The notes beneath the pieces were generated by a model. It was given only the letters and a program-made list of their open reading frames with translations, was not told the DNA's origin and ran no database searches. Of a stretch of 50,964 nt of DNA, positions 1 to 10,393 are shown piece after piece; the first letter of the stretch is position 1; each line of letters opens with the position of its first letter. Origin of the DNA: Candidatus Poseidoniales archaeon (lineage in GTDB: Archaea > Thermoplasmatota > Poseidoniia > Poseidoniales > Poseidoniaceae); contig QXYA01000101.1 of assembly GCA_009887135.1 (NCBI GenBank), positions 1 through 50,964 on the forward strand. The letters are read 5' to 3'. Both the position numbers and the translations under genes were made by a program.

Positions 1-2
1 TC

Positions 3-815
3 CTATTCGCTGAAGGCTTTGGATTTGTCTGGGATGGGACTGGCCACGTAATGGGTGGTTCATCCCCGCTCATTGGTTTTTATGATTGGACCTATGATAC
101 TATTCACTTCCCAGCCTTTGTGACAGATACACTCGGCATGTCCCATACTCACATTCCATTCCACAGAGCAACTGGCGCTCTCACAGATTATGTTCTTCTT
201 TCCGTTTACATCGGAGCCCTTCATCTCTTCATCGGATTCATTATTGGATTCTTCAACGTCATGAAGGCTCATGGAATCGTCGCTGCTTTCTTCGAAAAGG
301 GAAGTTGGATGATGATTCTCCTCGGCGGTTTCTTCCACATCTACGGATACATGAACAAGGATAACGAAGTCCTTGCGGCAACTCTCCCTGCTATGATTAT
401 GCTTGCAGGTGTAGGGCTGCTCATCATCGCTCTGGCAATCTTCGAAGGATTTGGCTGGGCTGGTGGCGTTATCATGGGTCCAATCGAGACCTTTGGATTG
501 TTGGCAAACACACTCTCCTATCTGAGAATCATGGCAGTTGGTGTCGCAGGCGTCAAGATCGCTGAAATCGGAAACGACATGGGCTTTGCCTCCATGACAG
601 ACGCTGTTTCAGCAGGTGACTATGTCATGGTCCCACTCTTCTTCTTACTCTGGATTGGCGTCCAAGTGTTTGCAATAGCACTCGGCCTCCTATCACCTTC
701 AATTCACGCAGCCCGTCTCCACTTTGTGGAATGGATGGGCAAGTTTTACGATGGCTCAGGCAGGGCTTATTCCCCGCTTGGCGGCCAACCCCTACATGTT
801 GAGGGGAATTCATAG
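3..815 (+). CDS. atpI: A/V-type ATP synthase subunit I (a), C-terminal part; 5'-truncated by the window edge
   Basis: Frame is open from position 3 (LFAEGFGFVW...). Multiple TM segments, conserved 'NTLSYLRIMAVG' (essential Arg) and 'RLHFVEWMGKFY.G.G..Y.P' motifs. First gene of the ATP synthase cluster. Confidence 0.95.
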   Translation, partial: LFAEGFGFVWDGTGHVMGGSSPLIGFYDWTYDTIHFPAFVTDTLGMSHTHIPFHRATGALTDYVLLSVYIGALHLFIGFIIGFFNVMKAHGIVAAFFEKGSWMMILLGGFFHIYGYMNKDNEVLAATLPAMIMLAGVGLLIIALAIFEGFGWAGGVIMGPIETFGLLANTLSYLRIMAVGVAGVKIAEIGNDMGFASMTDAVSAGDYVMVPLFFLLWIGVQVFAIALGLLSPSIHAARLHFVEWMGKFYDGSGRAYSPLGGQPLHVEGNS

Positions 816-843
816 TCCACTGGACGTTAAGGAGGTAGAAAAT

Positions 844-1155
844 ATGAACAAGAATACCCTAAAGAAAAGCCTACGAATGATGATCGTGCTCGGTGCACTC
901 GTCCTGATTGCTCAGGGCGTATCTGCTCAAGCAGACGCTGACACAACAGAAACAACCGAAAGCTGGGGCAAGGACATGGGAGCAGGAATTGCTCTCGGTC
1001 TTGCTGGTCTCGGCGCTGGGTTCTCCCAGGGAAGCATCGGCAGCGCAGCTGTCGGTATGCTCGCTGAAGACTCAAGCAAATTCGGTCCTGCACTCATTTT
1101 CACGGCTCTTCCTGAGTCGATTGTAATTCTCGGTGCATTGCCACTCTTCCTATGA
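844..1155 (+). CDS. atpK: A/V-type ATP synthase subunit K (c, proteolipid) with N-terminal leader
   Basis: GGAGG RBS at 831-835 before ATG 844. Gly/Ala-rich hairpin 'GAGIALGLAGLGAGFSQG' and carboxylate motif 'ALPES'. Lies between atpI and atpE. Confidence 0.93.
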   Translation: MNKNTLKKSLRMMIVLGALVLIAQGVSAQADADTTETTESWGKDMGAGIALGLAGLGAGFSQGSIGSAAVGMLAEDSSKFGPALIFTALPESIVILGALPLFL

Positions 1156-1207
1156 AGTTGTGGCGTTACAACAGACACTCGTCTGTTGATTCGCTGGAGA
1201 TGATGAT

Positions 1208-1771
1208 ATGACACTTGAAACACTTGCTAAAGATATCGCTGCATCAGCCGAGGCGCAAGCCAAAGCTATGCTCAAAGAAGCGAAAGCAGAAGCAGATGCA
1301 ATTGTCGGTGAAGCAGAAACAAAGGCATCGTCCATCTCGGACGAAGCAAGTGCCCGTGCTGGGCGTGAAGCTGAACAAATCTCACAAGAAATGGTCGCCA
1401 GTGCGCGACAAGGAAACCAGAAAGAATTGCTTATTGCACGTCGTGGCGTCTTGGATGCTACGTATGATGCTGCAAAAGCACAACTTGCCGATCCCGGAAT
1501 GAAGGGAAGAGCAACTCTACTGAAGTCTTTGTTGAAGCATGCAGGAGATATTTCTGGAAAGGATTTCGTTCTAAGGCCAGTTACTGTCGATTCGGCTGCA
1601 TTGAAGAAAGAAGCAGGTTCTCGTACAATCGGAGACGAAATTAACGGACTTGGTGGCTTCATGATGGAAGCTGCAGATGGTTCCGTTTCATTCGACTTCC
1701 GCTTTGATACACTTCTTGACAGAACGTGGAACGACGAACGCGCTGCAATTAACGAAACACTATTTGGATGA
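1208..1771 (+). CDS. atpE: A/V-type ATP synthase subunit E
   Basis: N-terminal Ala/Glu-rich coiled coil, C-terminal 'LGGF....DG....DFRFDTLL' motif, operon position. Confidence 0.9.
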   Translation: MTLETLAKDIAASAEAQAKAMLKEAKAEADAIVGEAETKASSISDEASARAGREAEQISQEMVASARQGNQKELLIARRGVLDATYDAAKAQLADPGMKGRATLLKSLLKHAGDISGKDFVLRPVTVDSAALKKEAGSRTIGDEINGLGGFMMEAADGSVSFDFRFDTLLDRTWNDERAAINETLFG

Positions 1772-1778
1772 GGGATGA

Positions 1779-2819
1779 ATGATGTTATCGGGTAATACAC
1801 CATATGTTGCTGCACGGGCTAAGGCTCGTCGTCAAGCATTGATGGACAAAGCTCGACTACGTCAATTGATCAATCAATCACCCGACCAACTCACCAATGC
1901 TGTTGCAGAAAGTGGGTATCAAAACGAAATCAACCTCTATGCTTCCAAGTACACTGGTGGCGACTTGGTTGAAGCTGCACTTGCGCACAATCTCGAGAAT
2001 GAATTGTCAAAGATTCTCTCGTATTGTAACGGAAGAGTACGAAAAATCGTTGAGATTTATACGGGCCGATATGAATACCAAAATGCCAAAGCAGTATTGA
2101 GAGCAGTTGCGAACGACATTGACTCTGAAAAACTCGGGAAGGATATTTTACCTGACTTGAATGAAATCAATACTCCATGGATTAAAATCCTTGAGAGCGC
2201 AGATGACTTACCGTCTGCTGCTTTGCAAATGCGTCGAAAATCATTCGGGTCAGCTCTAACGAGTTTACCAGAGAATGCAAGTCTTGCACAATACGAAGAT
2301 GCTCTTGACCGACATTACTTCTCATACGCAATGACTTCTCTTTCACACAGCAGCAATGATGCAAGATACTTGCGAAATGTCTTGGCCACAGAAATTGACC
2401 ATCGAAACATCCTCAACGTTATGGAAGCATCCGCTTTCGGAATCGAAGGAAACGATCTTCTCGATGAACTCTTATCCGGAGGAAGGCTATTGCCAAAGCG
2501 TGCGTTATCCTCTGTCGCCAATGGTGGCAAAGATGCAATGATGGATCTTCTTCGAAGCAATTCACGCTTTGATATTGCAGGATTTGAAACCGCATTGGAG
2601 ACCGCAGAAAAAGAACGATCTTTGGACGCTGTTGTTACATGGCTTCACGCACGAGAATATCAACAAATGCAGAGGATGAGCTACCTCCATCCAGTATCTG
2701 CGTTGCCGATTGTTCACTATGTTGCAATGAAAGTCAAGGAAGTTACGGACCTTCGAATGATTGTCCGAGGACGTCTAGCAGGTCTACCGCCCGAGTTACT
2801 CGAGGCGCACGTACTATGA
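1779..2819 (+). CDS. atpC: A/V-type ATP synthase subunit C
   Basis: 'PYVAARAKAR', 'EID..NI' and 'EV.DLRMI.RG' motifs, 346 aa, operon position. Confidence 0.9.
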   Translation: MMLSGNTPYVAARAKARRQALMDKARLRQLINQSPDQLTNAVAESGYQNEINLYASKYTGGDLVEAALAHNLENELSKILSYCNGRVRKIVEIYTGRYEYQNAKAVLRAVANDIDSEKLGKDILPDLNEINTPWIKILESADDLPSAALQMRRKSFGSALTSLPENASLAQYEDALDRHYFSYAMTSLSHSSNDARYLRNVLATEIDHRNILNVMEASAFGIEGNDLLDELLSGGRLLPKRALSSVANGGKDAMMDLLRSNSRFDIAGFETALETAEKERSLDAVVTWLHAREYQQMQRMSYLHPVSALPIVHYVAMKVKEVTDLRMIVRGRLAGLPPELLEAHVL

Positions 2820-2825
2820 GGTGAT

Positions 2826-3128
2826 ATGATGGAAATTGCAGTAGTCGGTTCACCAGAATTCACACTTGGATTCCAGCTTGCTGGTATCTCAACACTATTC
2901 AATCCAGAAGATGAAGAAGAGCGTATCAAGGTCTTCCGTAATCTTCTCAATTCAAAGGATGTAGGAATCGTCGTGGTTGACTCCGCGGTTCTTGCGTCCT
3001 TGCCAGATCGTTTGCGTATGCAACTTTCTGGTTCTGTCTCTCCGACCGTTCTTGGTATCGGTACGGAAGAAGACAACACGCTCAGAGAAACCATTCGAAG
3101 AGCAATTGGAGTCGACCTATGGAAATGA
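2826..3128 (+). CDS. atpF: A/V-type ATP synthase subunit F
   Basis: 'IAVVG..EFTLGFQLAGI' N-terminus and 'IRRAIGVDLW' C-terminus; GAGGTGA RBS. Confidence 0.93.
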   Translation: MMEIAVVGSPEFTLGFQLAGISTLFNPEDEEERIKVFRNLLNSKDVGIVVVDSAVLASLPDRLRMQLSGSVSPTVLGIGTEEDNTLRETIRRAIGVDLWK

Positions 3129-3152
3129 TATTCCAAAAAGGAGGAAATAAAT

Positions 3153-4892
3153 ATGAGTAATGAAGGAGTAATTTACAGAATTTCGGGGCCTGTGGTCACC
3201 GCGACAGGAATGAGCGCAGGAATGTACGACGTTGTCCGAGTTGGCACCGAAGGATTGATGGGAGAAGTTATCGAATTGCACGGTGACAAAGCTGTTATCC
3301 AAGTATACGAAGATACGTCAGGCATGCGACCAGGCGAACCAGTTATCAACACTGGGGAAACCTTGTCCGTATCTCTCGGACCCGGTCTATTAACACAGAT
3401 TTACGATGGAATTCAACGACCACTTCCAACTCTCGAAGAAGTCATGGGTGTTTTCATCACCCGTGGTGTCGATGCTGATGCATTTGACCTCGAGAAGAAG
3501 TGGACCTTTGAGGCAGTTGCTGAGAAGGGCTCCGCAGTTGAAGGTGGACAAGTTATTGGACACGTTCAAGAAACCGAAACCATCGTTCACAAGATTATGG
3601 TTCCTCCAACAATGAACGGCGTCATCAAGAGTATCAAATCTGGAGACTTTAACGTAACAGAGACTGTTTGTGTTCTCGAAGACGGTGGCGAAATTCAGAT
3701 GATGCAAAAGTGGCCTGTACGAACACCTCGTCCATACCGCCAAAAGTACGCACCTGACACTCCTCTTGTTACAGGAATGCGTATTCTTGATTTCCTTTTC
3801 CCACTTGCTAAGGGTGGTGCAGCAGGTATTCCTGGTCCATTCGGATCTGGTAAGACCGTTACACAACAATCTCTTGCAAAGTACTCCGACGCCCAAATCG
3901 TTGTCTATATCGGATGCGGTGAGCGTGGAAACGAGATGACTGAAGTATTGGACGAGTTCCCTCACTTGATTGATCCAAATACAGGAAAGCCTCTCATGAA
4001 CCGTACTGTCATGATTGCGAACACTTCCAACATGCCTGTCGCTGCTCGAGAAGCATCTGTATACACAGGAATCACCATTGCAGAATACTTCCGTGACATG
4101 GGATACGACGTTGCCCTCATGGCAGACTCGACCTCTCGTTGGGCTGAAGCAATGCGTGAAATTTCATCACGTCTTGAAGAAATGCCTGGTGAAGAAGGCT
4201 ACCCAGCGTATCTTTCATCACGAATTGCAGAATTCTATGAACGTGCTGGACGTGTTGAAACCAACAATGGTGACGACGGATCAGTTACCGTCATCGGTGC
4301 TGTAAGTCCACCTGGTGGAGATATTTCTGAACCAGTTTCACAAGGTACACTTCGTATCGTTAAGGTATTCTGGGGATTGGACGCAGGTCTTGCAAGACAA
4401 CGCCACTTCCCTGCAATTAACTGGTTGAATTCATACTCTTTGTACCCTCAGAGTTTGAATCAATGGTTCCGAGATAACATCGCTCAGGACTTCCCTGAAA
4501 TAAGAACCCAAATCAGTGGTTTGTTACAAGTTGAATCTGAACTTCAAGAAATCGTACAATTGGTTGGTTCCGACGCATTGCCAGTCGATCAACAATTGAC
4601 GCTTGAAGTTGCACGTATGATTCGTGAATACTTCTTGCAACAGAACGGATTCCACGAAGTTGATGCATTCTGTGACATCAATCTACAATACTCCATGTCG
4701 AAAGCCATTCTAAGCTTCCAAGAAGCTGCAAAGAATGCTATGGCAGCAGGTGCACAACTCAACGACGTTGTCAATATCCCTGCTCGTACTGCGCTTATGC
4801 GTGGTCGATTCGAAAAGGGCTACGTCGATACAATCGAATCCATGGTGAAAGACATGGTCGATGAAATCGCTGCCACCGTGGAGGAAAACTGA
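3153..4892 (+). CDS. atpA: A/V-type ATP synthase subunit A (catalytic)
   Basis: Walker A 'GPFGSGKT', 'GCGERGNEM', '[12 protein letters not shown]', '[12 protein letters not shown]'; GGAGG RBS. Confidence 0.98.
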   Translation: MSNEGVIYRISGPVVTATGMSAGMYDVVRVGTEGLMGEVIELHGDKAVIQVYEDTSGMRPGEPVINTGETLSVSLGPGLLTQIYDGIQRPLPTLEEVMGVFITRGVDADAFDLEKKWTFEAVAEKGSAVEGGQVIGHVQETETIVHKIMVPPTMNGVIKSIKSGDFNVTETVCVLEDGGEIQMMQKWPVRTPRPYRQKYAPDTPLVTGMRILDFLFPLAKGGAAGIPGPFGSGKTVTQQSLAKYSDAQIVVYIGCGERGNEMTEVLDEFPHLIDPNTGKPLMNRTVMIANTSNMPVAAREASVYTGITIAEYFRDMGYDVALMADSTSRWAEAMREISSRLEEMPGEEGYPAYLSSRIAEFYERAGRVETNNGDDGSVTVIGAVSPPGGDISEPVSQGTLRIVKVFWGLDAGLARQRHFPAINWLNSYSLYPQSLNQWFRDNIAQDFPEIRTQISGLLQVESELQEIVQLVGSDALPVDQQLTLEVARMIREYFLQQNGFHEVDAFCDINLQYSMSKAILSFQEAAKNAMAAGAQLNDVVNIPARTALMRGRFEKGYVDTIESMVKDMVDEIAATVEEN

Positions 4893-4904
4893 GGACGTGA
4901 AATT

Positions 4905-6284
4905 ATGACAGGAAAGGAATATCGAACCATTACAGACGTAAAAGGGCCGCTCGTGTTCTTGAACAAGACTGAACCCGTAGCATTCGGTGAAATCGTCAGC
5001 CTACGACTTGCTGATGGAAGCATCAAGAATGGACAAGTTCTCGATACATCAGACGATTTGGTTATTGTCCAAGTTTTCGAAGGAACTGCAAAGATCGACC
5101 GAACAGCTGGTGTTACATTCATGGGGGACGTTTTCAAACTCCCAGTTAGTACAGACCTTGTTGGACGTATTCTCGATGGTGCAGGACGCCCAAAGGACGG
5201 TGGACCGGACATTGTTGCAGAAGAAAACGCCGATATTATCGGGGCTGCAATCAATCCATTCAGTCGACAAAGCCCTCACGATTTCATTCAAACTGGAATT
5301 TCGGCTATCGACTGCTGTACAACACTCGTCCGTGGACAAAAGTTACCGATTTTCTCGGCTTCTGGTCTTCCACACAACGATATTGCACTACAGATTGCTC
5401 GACAAGCGAAACTCCCTGGCAGTGACGAACAATTTATCGTCGTATTCTGCGCAATGGGTATTACTGCTGAAGAATACAATTTCTTCCGTGCAGATCTTGA
5501 ACGAACAGGTGCTCTCGAAAATGCGGTATTGTTCGTCAACCTTGCTGACGACCCTGCTGTTGAGAGAATCATTACGCCACGTCTTGCTTTGACTGCTGCT
5601 GAATATCTGGCATTCGAACATGATTACCACGTACTTGTTATCTACACAGACATGACAAACTACTGTGATGCACTTCGTCAAATTGGTGCAGCTCGTGAAG
5701 AAGTTCCTGGTCGACGTGGATACCCTGGTTACATGTACACCGATCTTGCAATGCTCTACGAGCGCGCAGGTATTGTAAAGGGCAAGAAGGGATCGATTAC
5801 CCAATTCCCAATTCTAACCATGCCTGGTGACGATATTACACACCCGATTCCTGATTTGTCTGGATATATTACTGAAGGACAGATTGTTATCTCCCGTGAG
5901 TTACATCAACAAGGAATCTATCCGCCGATTAACGTTCTTCCATCTCTTTCCCGATTGATGGGATCATGTATCGGTGCAAAGACAACTCGAGAAGATCACA
6001 AGTCTGTTTCTGACCAAATGTACGCTGCATATGCTCAAGGCCGTGAACTACGTGGTCTCGTTGCTATTGTCGGTGAAGATGCACTCAATGAGCGTGACAA
6101 GCAACTGCTTGACTTCTCAGGTGTCTTTGAAGACCGCTTCCTGCGTCAATCACGTGATGAAGACCGCTCTATCGAAGATACATTGAATCTATGCTGGGAA
6201 CTTATGGCTTCAATCGATACCAAGTACCTTGTTCGTCTTGACCAAGATTGGATTGACAAGTACCATCCTGAGAACCGCTCCTGA
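4905..6284 (+). CDS. atpB: A/V-type ATP synthase subunit B
   Basis: '[11 protein letters not shown]', '[18 protein letters not shown]', '[10 protein letters not shown]', 'PSLSRLM'. Confidence 0.98.
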   Translation: MTGKEYRTITDVKGPLVFLNKTEPVAFGEIVSLRLADGSIKNGQVLDTSDDLVIVQVFEGTAKIDRTAGVTFMGDVFKLPVSTDLVGRILDGAGRPKDGGPDIVAEENADIIGAAINPFSRQSPHDFIQTGISAIDCCTTLVRGQKLPIFSASGLPHNDIALQIARQAKLPGSDEQFIVVFCAMGITAEEYNFFRADLERTGALENAVLFVNLADDPAVERIITPRLALTAAEYLAFEHDYHVLVIYTDMTNYCDALRQIGAAREEVPGRRGYPGYMYTDLAMLYERAGIVKGKKGSITQFPILTMPGDDITHPIPDLSGYITEGQIVISRELHQQGIYPPINVLPSLSRLMGSCIGAKTTREDHKSVSDQMYAAYAQGRELRGLVAIVGEDALNERDKQLLDFSGVFEDRFLRQSRDEDRSIEDTLNLCWELMASIDTKYLVRLDQDWIDKYHPENRS

Positions 6285-6300
6285 ATACTGAGGTGAACAA

Positions 6301-6918
6301 ATGGCGCTTGACATTAAACCAACCCGAAGCGAGTTGATTAAACTCAAGGGGCGCATCAAGCAGACCAAAAACGGATACAAACTTCTGAAAATGAAGCGTG
6401 ATGGTCTTTTCCATGAATTCCGTCAACTTCTATCGGTCATGATCGAAGCGAAGAAAGAAATCACTGAAGCATATCGACTTGCAAAACAACGCATCGATTT
6501 AGCTAATGCAATTGAAGGAGGTCTTGCAGTTCGAGCCGCAGCAATCGCTAACAGTGCTCATCCTGAGGTCGAAGTTGAACGAAGAAACATCATGGGTGTT
6601 GTCGTTCCTTCCGTCAGCGGTACCAACCTGAAGTCAACATTTGCAGAACGCGGTGTCGGTTTCATTGGTTCATCCCCATACATCGATGAAGCAAGCGATA
6701 CATTCAGCGAATTGATTGAGAAGATTGTCACTGCTGCTGAAATGGAAGCAACTCTAAAACGACTTCTCGAAGAGATTGAAGCAACAAAGCGTCGTGTCAA
6801 TGCTCTCGAATTCAAGGTCATTCCAGAACTTGAAGAAGCGAAGGTATTCATTCAACTTAGACTTGAAGAAATGGAACGTGAAGAAACGTTCCGATTGAAG
6901 CGATTCAAGAATAAGTGA
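6301..6918 (+). CDS. atpD: A/V-type ATP synthase subunit D
   Basis: 'KPTRSELIKLK', 'GYKLLKMKRDGL', 'TKRRVNALE', 'EMEREE.FRLK'; GAGGTGA RBS. Confidence 0.96.
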   Translation: MALDIKPTRSELIKLKGRIKQTKNGYKLLKMKRDGLFHEFRQLLSVMIEAKKEITEAYRLAKQRIDLANAIEGGLAVRAAAIANSAHPEVEVERRNIMGVVVPSVSGTNLKSTFAERGVGFIGSSPYIDEASDTFSELIEKIVTAAEMEATLKRLLEEIEATKRRVNALEFKVIPELEEAKVFIQLRLEEMEREETFRLKRFKNK

Positions 6919-6999
6919 TTCTTCCATTTGCCTGTCTAAAGGGCATGATTGATGGGGGAGTTATGACCAGCCCAAACTACAAGGGGGGTGTTTCAACGT

Positions 7000-9465
7000 A
7001 TGTCTGAATCTAAAGATACTGAATTAATACCCCTTTCTGCACACAAAAACACGTGGACTCAACGTGATTTACTTGCAAGTATTATCGGTCGATACATGAC
7101 TGTGAAGTCTCACCTTGGGGGCCTCTGGCCAACGTGGGATGTGGAATCTGAACATCTCGACAAACGCTTAATTGAACTGAACATCTATCTCGAAAAACTT
7201 GGATGGATGGCACGTTTACGTCGCGGCGATAACAATCAACTCACAGCATTACCACTCCCTCACGGTCAGTTTCCTGGAAAAAGAATTCACATGTATATGT
7301 GGATTGCTTCGATCATAACAGTTCTTATTTCTGGCGTTCGTTGGATGGATTCTGGTAGGCCAGAAGGTGGCTGGTTCATTGAATCGGTCTACCTTGATGC
7401 ATTCATTGGATATGTATTGCCTATTCTCTTCACTCTCGGACTCGCTTCCTTTGTACAAGCCAAGATTTCATCGCATTATGGTGTTCGAAGCGGGCATATT
7501 TTGCCTATACCAGACCCTTCGATACTTCTTTGGCTCTTCTCAGGTTTATCAGCATCTTATTTCATCTGGCCGTTTGGAATCTTCTTCATACCGACATTGC
7601 CCAGGATGGATGCCCGCCCATGGCCAGATCGTAAATCACTTGCCTACTCTTCACTCAGTGTTCCCGTGGTTATGCTGCTAAGTGGATTTATCCTCTGGAC
7701 AGTAGGGATATTCCTCTCATCTGACCCGTTCACACTTACAAGTGAGCCAATTCGACTCAATGCTCCATTCTTGATTGAACTCTTTGGCTCTGGTTTCGAT
7801 CAATACTTTGATATTCATCTCGATTGGAGTCATCCTTTCCTCTTTGCTGCATCGTATATGACATTGGTTGGATGGCTTCTTCTTCTTCCAATTCCCACTT
7901 TCCCTGGCGGCCGATTACTTGTTTCCAGAATGGGGATACATGAGGCTAGAAGCTCTAGCACTCAAATTCTGATGTTTATGATTCTAATCACTGCAGCATT
8001 TTTCATATTCAATGCCTTTGAAGGATTCACAATTTGGATTCCTATACTTGCAGTCGTTCTTCCGTTGTTATTGTTTATTGGTGGAGATCCTCGGATTCCA
8101 GTTCTCCTTGACGGCGATGTACCGCTTGATGAAGAATCTCATCGCAGTCTAGGGATCATTCTCTTTGTTGCACTTCTGTTTGCCATTCCTCCCGAATTTC
8201 CTCTAGAACCCGTTGATCGTTGGGACTCAGATTTAGAATATACAATTGAGGATGCAGGATATGCGGAATTGGTTGATGATTTTTGGAATTCGACTCAAAC
8301 TATTATCCTATCAAACCCTTCGATGCAAGCAAATAGTTACAAATTATCCCTTGCTTTAATTTCTGACTCGGATTGGATTTCGACACTATCGTGTGAATCA
8401 ACGAATTGCGAGGGAATTCTTGATTCTGATGATTCCCTCTCCATCACAATAGATTTTAGCCATGTCAATTCATCGATAATGCCGACATATCTTGTTTATG
8501 AGATCCAACTCGTTCTTGGAGAAGAACAATTCTTGGAATCCTTCATGCTTTATCCTGACTTGAATTCATCAGTTGGTTCCGAATGGAGTTACCTTCGAAC
8601 TGAATCGAGTGTCTTAACTTGCCTTTCAGTATATCTTCTTGAAGACATGACTGCAACTGTATCATTGCCTAATCTCGATGCAAAATGGGCATCGTATCTC
8701 TGGTTTGCTGGTGAAGCAGGTCTGGAAACAGAAGTTGACTGGCAATCCAATTCAATATGCTTGGAGAGTAATGACCACGGGCTGACAGATTCTCTCTCCA
8801 CCGAGTTGGAACTTGTTGAACTCGATGGTAATCAATTTCATGTTGGTTTCGACAAGACATGGCCGCATGTTGTATCTGCTTCTGAAGCAGGTTGGCTGAT
8901 TAATGATGAACTTGGCTGGGGTGCTCCGTTTGGAAACGATACAGGTTTACTTTACAGAGAAAATAGTACGACGTGCACCGGTAATGAATTCTTGAGCACA
9001 CCTCGACATTCAAACACAACCAATTGGACATGGGACTTGAGTATTTGGCCTAGTCAAAGGATACCTCTAATCGATGAGAATGAATCAGTCCACGTCAAGT
9101 TCCCAAGTGGCCATTATTATCATTGTAATATTGAATCATTAGAACAAACCAGGTTTATGATTCAAGAGGGACCTGATATCGTTCTTAAAATCGATGACCA
9201 ACTCCTGAGACTTTGGGATGCTCCATTGAATATAAGCGGTGAAAGCATAGAGTTTTCACTCTACAATAGCAACAATGAATCTGTTCTTCTTCGACATGAA
9301 ACAAATGGAGATGCTCAATGGACTCTTTCATCCCTCCCCAGCGCTTTACCTCAAGGTTGGACGCACTTCGATGTGCCTGTTCCAAGTACTGAACGTTCCA
9401 CAGTTCAACTGATTCATCAAGATGGAGCAATACTGCTTCAGTTCGGTGGCTACTTGGAGGGTTAG
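7000..9465 (+). CDS. Multi-pass membrane protein with site-2 protease (M50)-like N-terminal domain lacking catalytic motifs and a large acidic C-terminal domain
   Basis: About 8-9 TM segments. 'ILFTLGLASFVQAKISSHYGVRSGHILPIP' aligns by eye with the M50 HExxH helix region and 'LLLLPIPTFPGGRLL' with the NxxPxxxxDG motif. Start at ATG 7000 (GTG 6988 also possible). Confidence 0.6.
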   Translation: MSESKDTELIPLSAHKNTWTQRDLLASIIGRYMTVKSHLGGLWPTWDVESEHLDKRLIELNIYLEKLGWMARLRRGDNNQLTALPLPHGQFPGKRIHMYMWIASIITVLISGVRWMDSGRPEGGWFIESVYLDAFIGYVLPILFTLGLASFVQAKISSHYGVRSGHILPIPDPSILLWLFSGLSASYFIWPFGIFFIPTLPRMDARPWPDRKSLAYSSLSVPVVMLLSGFILWTVGIFLSSDPFTLTSEPIRLNAPFLIELFGSGFDQYFDIHLDWSHPFLFAASYMTLVGWLLLLPIPTFPGGRLLVSRMGIHEARSSSTQILMFMILITAAFFIFNAFEGFTIWIPILAVVLPLLLFIGGDPRIPVLLDGDVPLDEESHRSLGIILFVALLFAIPPEFPLEPVDRWDSDLEYTIEDAGYAELVDDFWNSTQTIILSNPSMQANSYKLSLALISDSDWISTLSCESTNCEGILDSDDSLSITIDFSHVNSSIMPTYLVYEIQLVLGEEQFLESFMLYPDLNSSVGSEWSYLRTESSVLTCLSVYLLEDMTATVSLPNLDAKWASYLWFAGEAGLETEVDWQSNSICLESNDHGLTDSLSTELELVELDGNQFHVGFDKTWPHVVSASEAGWLINDELGWGAPFGNDTGLLYRENSTTCTGNEFLSTPRHSNTTNWTWDLSIWPSQRIPLIDENESVHVKFPSGHYYHCNIESLEQTRFMIQEGPDIVLKIDDQLLRLWDAPLNISGESIEFSLYNSNNESVLLRHETNGDAQWTLSSLPSALPQGWTHFDVPVPSTERSTVQLIHQDGAILLQFGGYLEG

Positions 9466-9466
9466 T

Positions 9467-10393
9467 ATGCGGATTGGAATCATTGGAGCCGGTTCAATTG
9501 GTTCCCTTGTTGCAGGATGTCTAGCTTCAACTGATAGCACTCTTCTTCTCTATGGAAGAGGGCTACATGCTGCTGAATTGATGGTTAATGGATTGACACT
9601 ATCGGGAGTGAAAGACGATCAAATCAATGGCGATCGCTGGGAGGTAATTCCTTCTGAGCACCCACTTCCTTCTACAGTGTACTCCTCTTGTGATGTTGTT
9701 ATTTTTACTGGAAAACCTTCCACTGACATGGAGTTTCTTGAAGTCGGTAGGCATCTTTTGAAATCAGATGGTATTGCATTTTCACTTTCAAATGGAATGG
9801 GGTTCGAGGAAAAGATGGTTCATGCATTTGGTGCAAACCGTGTCCTTTCTGCAACGACAACTCATGGTGCTTACAGGCCAACCTCCGGTCATGTGGAGTG
9901 GGCTGGGAAAGGAGAACTCCTTCTTGGATCTTTTATTCACCCATATTCCTTTGAAGATTTCAAACCGCTCCTCTCCACTCTAAACAAATCAGGACTCGCT
10001 CCACGTTGGGTCGATGATGGGAGAGTGGCATTATGGAATAAAATGCTTCTAAACATTGCAATCAATCCCGTTGCAGCAGTAATTGGGAAAGAAAATTCTG
10101 CACTTCTTGAACCAATTCTATTCGATTCCGTTGTAGCTCTTATGCTTGAAGGTGTAAAGATTGCCCGAATGGAAGGAATCCAACTCGAGAATGATGAGCA
10201 ACTTGTCAATCGTTTACGAGAAGTGTTGGTTCATACTGGATCAAATTATTGCTCAATGTTACAAGATGTTCGGGCAGGAAGGCCAACCGAAATTGAAATT
10301 CTCAATGGAGAGATTTGTAGGAGAGGGGAGGGAATCGGCGTCCCCACGCCTCTGAATCAACTCATGACATCCCTTATTCATCAATTGAGATGA
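9467..10393 (+). CDS. panE: 2-dehydropantoate 2-reductase (ketopantoate reductase)
   Basis: Rossmann 'IGIIGAGSIG', 'SNGMG', catalytic 'LWNKMLLN', 'SMLQDVRAGRPTEIE.LNG'. Start reassigned to ATG 9467, just after the upstream stop. Confidence 0.9.
   Translation: MRIGIIGAGSIGSLVAGCLASTDSTLLLYGRGLHAAELMVNGLTLSGVKDDQINGDRWEVIPSEHPLPSTVYSSCDVVIFTGKPSTDMEFLEVGRHLLKSDGIAFSLSNGMGFEEKMVHAFGANRVLSATTTHGAYRPTSGHVEWAGKGELLLGSFIHPYSFEDFKPLLSTLNKSGLAPRWVDDGRVALWNKMLLNIAINPVAAVIGKENSALLEPILFDSVVALMLEGVKIARMEGIQLENDEQLVNRLREVLVHTGSNYCSMLQDVRAGRPTEIEILNGEICRRGEGIGVPTPLNQLMTSLIHQLR

Noticed and set aside
1150-1815. 221-aa minus-strand ORF and the many other antisense or alternate-frame ORFs in the track
   Set aside because: They overlap well-supported genes and lack recognisable motifs or RBSs; treated as shadow ORFs.
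3153-4892. Intein in AtpA (known insertion site near the P-loop in some Thermoplasmatales and Thermococcales)
   Set aside because: Length (579 aa) is normal and the P-loop region is contiguous. Cdc6 and the visible part of GyrB also show no intein-sized insert.
6950-6996. G-strings (GGGGGAG, GGGGGGTGTTTCAAC) as ORB origin elements
   Set aside because: No TCCA/GAAAC inverted core in the correct arrangement, no adjacent cdc6 and no AT-rich unwinding element. May simply be RBS or promoter sequence.
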